From the NCBI GenBank assembly GCA_013696385.1, contig JACCYR010000126.1, positions 1 through 26,717 of the forward strand: 26,717 nt of DNA, given 5' to 3'. The translations under genes were made by a program, and so were the position numbers. Shown piece by piece: positions 25,701 through 26,717 of the stretch; the stretch's first letter is position 1; every line of letters begins with the position of its first letter. The stretch is from Acidobacteriota bacterium (GTDB lineage: Bacteria; Acidobacteriota; Blastocatellia; Pyrinomonadales; Pyrinomonadaceae). Below the pieces are notes generated by a model. The model had not been told where the DNA came from. It saw nothing but the letters and a program-made list of their open reading frames with translations, and did no database searches.

Positions 25701-26717
25701 GCGTTCCGGGGATACGTCGGCGGTGTCGGTCGCCGTGTAAAAACCTTCGCGGGCAATGGCAATCGCGGATTCGTCAATATCGGTGGCGAAAATTTGTATG
25801 GCGGGCGCGTCTCTCAAATTCTCGGCGTATTCGACGGTGAGCATCGCCAGAGAATACGCTTCTTCGCCCGTCGCGCAGCCCGCAACCCAAACGCGCACAG
25901 TGTCGTTCGCCGTTTTATTCTCGAAAAGTCTGGCGATAATCCGTCGTTCCAGCTGGTTGAAAGTTTCCGAATCGCGGAAAAAATTCGTGACCGAAATCAG
26001 CAAATCACGCAGCAGTGCCGACGCTTCCGACGGCTGTTCGTGCAGCAGGCGCGAATAATCCTGTATACTTTTGAGTTCGTGAACATTGACGCGGCGTTCG
26101 ATGCGCCGGAGAACGGTGGCGCGTTTGTAATTTGAAAAATCGTGTCCGGTGCGGATTCTGAGTTGTGTAAAAATATCATGCAGGGCGCGTTCGTCGGTTT
26201 CTGGTCTTTCCCGCAATTCGGGCGAAATCGTAACTTTGCCGAGATTTTCCCGATAACCGATAATTCTCGCGGGCATCTCCGCCGCGGGCAAAACGAAATC
26301 AACCAATCCGGTTGCTAAAGAATTGCGCGGCATATCAGTATATTCGGCTTCGTTCGGGTCTTGGACAAAAACCACGCCGCCTTTTTCCTTAACGCGCTTC
26401 ATTCCCATCGAACCATCCGCGCCCGTGCCTGACAAAATAACGGCGGCGGCGCGTGATTCGTGCGATTCGGCGAGTGTGCGAAAGAAAATATCAATCGGCG
26501 CACGACGCTCTTCAATCCGCGTTACGTCCGACAAAGCCAGATGCCCGTCGTTCATTTTCAGACTTTTATTCGGCGGAATAACATAGACATGATTCGGCAC
26601 GACTTTAACCTTCTCTTCCTGCACCTGTGTAACCGGAATTGACGCGCTCTGCTGGAGAATTTCCGCCAAAAGACTGTCGTGTTCGGGCGACAGATGCAGA
26701 ATAACGACATATGCCAT
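22707..26717 (-). CDS. CheB-CheR-PAS-PAS-PAS-HisKA_3 histidine kinase (5' end beyond window)
   Basis: CheB (VVILH, PIDIFFRTLA, LSGTGADG), CheR (VWVAGCATGEEAYS, ATDID, CRNLLIY), EEL heptad coiled coil, PAS domains, H-box RELHDHLGQ, HATPase QEALNN/DDGQGF/GLGLIGMRERA. Confidence 0.95.
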   Translation of the reverse strand: MAYVVILHLSPEHDSLLAEILQQSASIPVTQVQEEKVKVVPNHVYVIPPNKSLKMNDGHLALSDVTRIEERRAPIDIFFRTLAESHESRAAAVILSGTGADGSMGMKRVKEKGGVVFVQDPNEAEYTDMPRNSLATGLVDFVLPAAEMPARIIGYRENLGKVTISPELRERPETDERALHDIFTQLRIRTGHDFSNYKRATVLRRIERRVNVHELKSIQDYSRLLHEQPSEASALLRDLLISVTNFFRDSETFNQLERRIIARLFENKTANDTVRVWVAGCATGEEAYSLAMLTVEYAENLRDAPAIQIFATDIDESAIAIAREGFYTATDTADVSPERLRRFFVAEPNGYRVRRDLRERVLFAIHNVIKDPPFSHLDLVSCRNLLIYLNRAAQKRAMEIFHFSLNAGGFLFLGTSESADVAVELFAVSDKEHHIYQSRNVNARVSLPISDLMLPRTDLQPTRPAEMRRIEEANALERMAYTDLHQRLLEKYAPPSIIVSENYDILHLTPRAGKYLAVAGGEPSYNLLKIIHPDLRLALRTALYQAVQTAASVETRGLEIQIGDEKIQKINLVVRPVLREGADVPRGFLLVLFEEANEANDARTAVRLISLDEPARQLEAELVQLHEQLHTTVDQYETQTEELKASNEELQAMNEELRSATEELETGKEEFQSINEELHTVNQELKIKIEELSQSNDDFLNLIASTDIGTLFLDRSLRIKLFTPRLLDIYNLRPADIGRPISDITTKLSDSDLHAEAEKVLASLQSIEREVTTSEGRVYLTNILPYRTADNRIDGVIATFLDITTRKRHGKELEEIAERLERQTRIFDTTLSAISDFAYLFDRDGRFVFANQPLFDLLGITAEEIVGKNFHDLNYPPDLAVLLQKQIQHVFDTGEMVKDETSFTNLAGENGFYEYILTPVFAKGGTVEFVAGSTRDVTIRKQSEEKLRQSEERLRLLIESAKDYAIIGISAENCLIEFWNTGAERIFGWTESEIIGEHYEILFMPEDRAVNVPEKETKTAREKGFAEDERFHIRKDESRFYASGVMRALADEGGNLLGFVKIARDMTEKTQAEAALRLAHESLEIKVQLRTVELASANSTLQAEIAERQQIEQQRLTLLKKLVTSQEDERQRISRELHDHLGQQLTALRLNLEMLQKDCADNADLCEKITRTQKIAEQVDSDLDFLAWELRPAALKDLGLTTALNDYIKEWSIHFDIPAEFHTSGLETIALEMAIELNFYRIVQEALNNTGKYARANQASVLLECRGKEIMLIIEDDGQGFDIKKATTLKNGKGLGLIGMRERAALIGGTLEIESVINQGTTIFVRVPLGAQTAGG

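Noticed and set aside
26715-26717. ATG at the window end as the true kinase start
   Set aside because: This is the internal Met of the CheB (G)MAYVVILH motif; the catalytic Ser motif (GxSAGG) must lie upstream.
16705-26717. Genomic island or mobile element implied by higher GC than 5.9-11.6 kb
   Set aside because: metK and ahcY are similarly GC-rich by eye, and no integrase, transposase, tRNA or flanking direct repeats were seen. A sliding-window GC/codon analysis would be needed.

Overview
Bacterial chromosomal window, probably Acidobacteriota/Blastocatellia (inferred from the fused LptF-LptG, the CxxC..FC.EDG zinc-ribbon protein and the gene order; not verified). The left ~14.3 kb is mostly housekeeping: a partial ABC ATPase, a tightly spaced hslV-hslU-Fn3 lipoprotein-FAH-zinc-ribbon-tal run, a C26 glutamine-amidotransferase-like hydrolase plus namZ, two small membrane proteins, recO, lptFG and metK-ahcY. 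The right ~12.4 kb is accessory: a GH2 glycosidase converging on galT-galK-(mutarotase-like), and a CheB-CheR-PAS-HisKA_3 kinase (5'-truncated) with a NarL-type regulator. The best candidate for an undescribed system is 14.4-16.5 kb (minus strand): a pseudo-receiver (phospho-Asp to Ser), translationally coupled to a PYP-like PAS protein lacking the chromophore Cys, followed by a Crp/Fnr regulator with an ACECY tail. Upstream lies a ~150-nt three-hairpin leader whose intrinsic terminator has a built-in candidate antiterminator. Two real-looking small genes are missing from the ORF track (8376..8546, 21780..21926); the second resembles the detached N-terminus of actinobacterial GalT. Two REP-like palindrome families are present, one read through by a CDS. 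No tRNA, rRNA, CRISPR or transposase seen. All homology calls are by eye and from memory; no searches were run.
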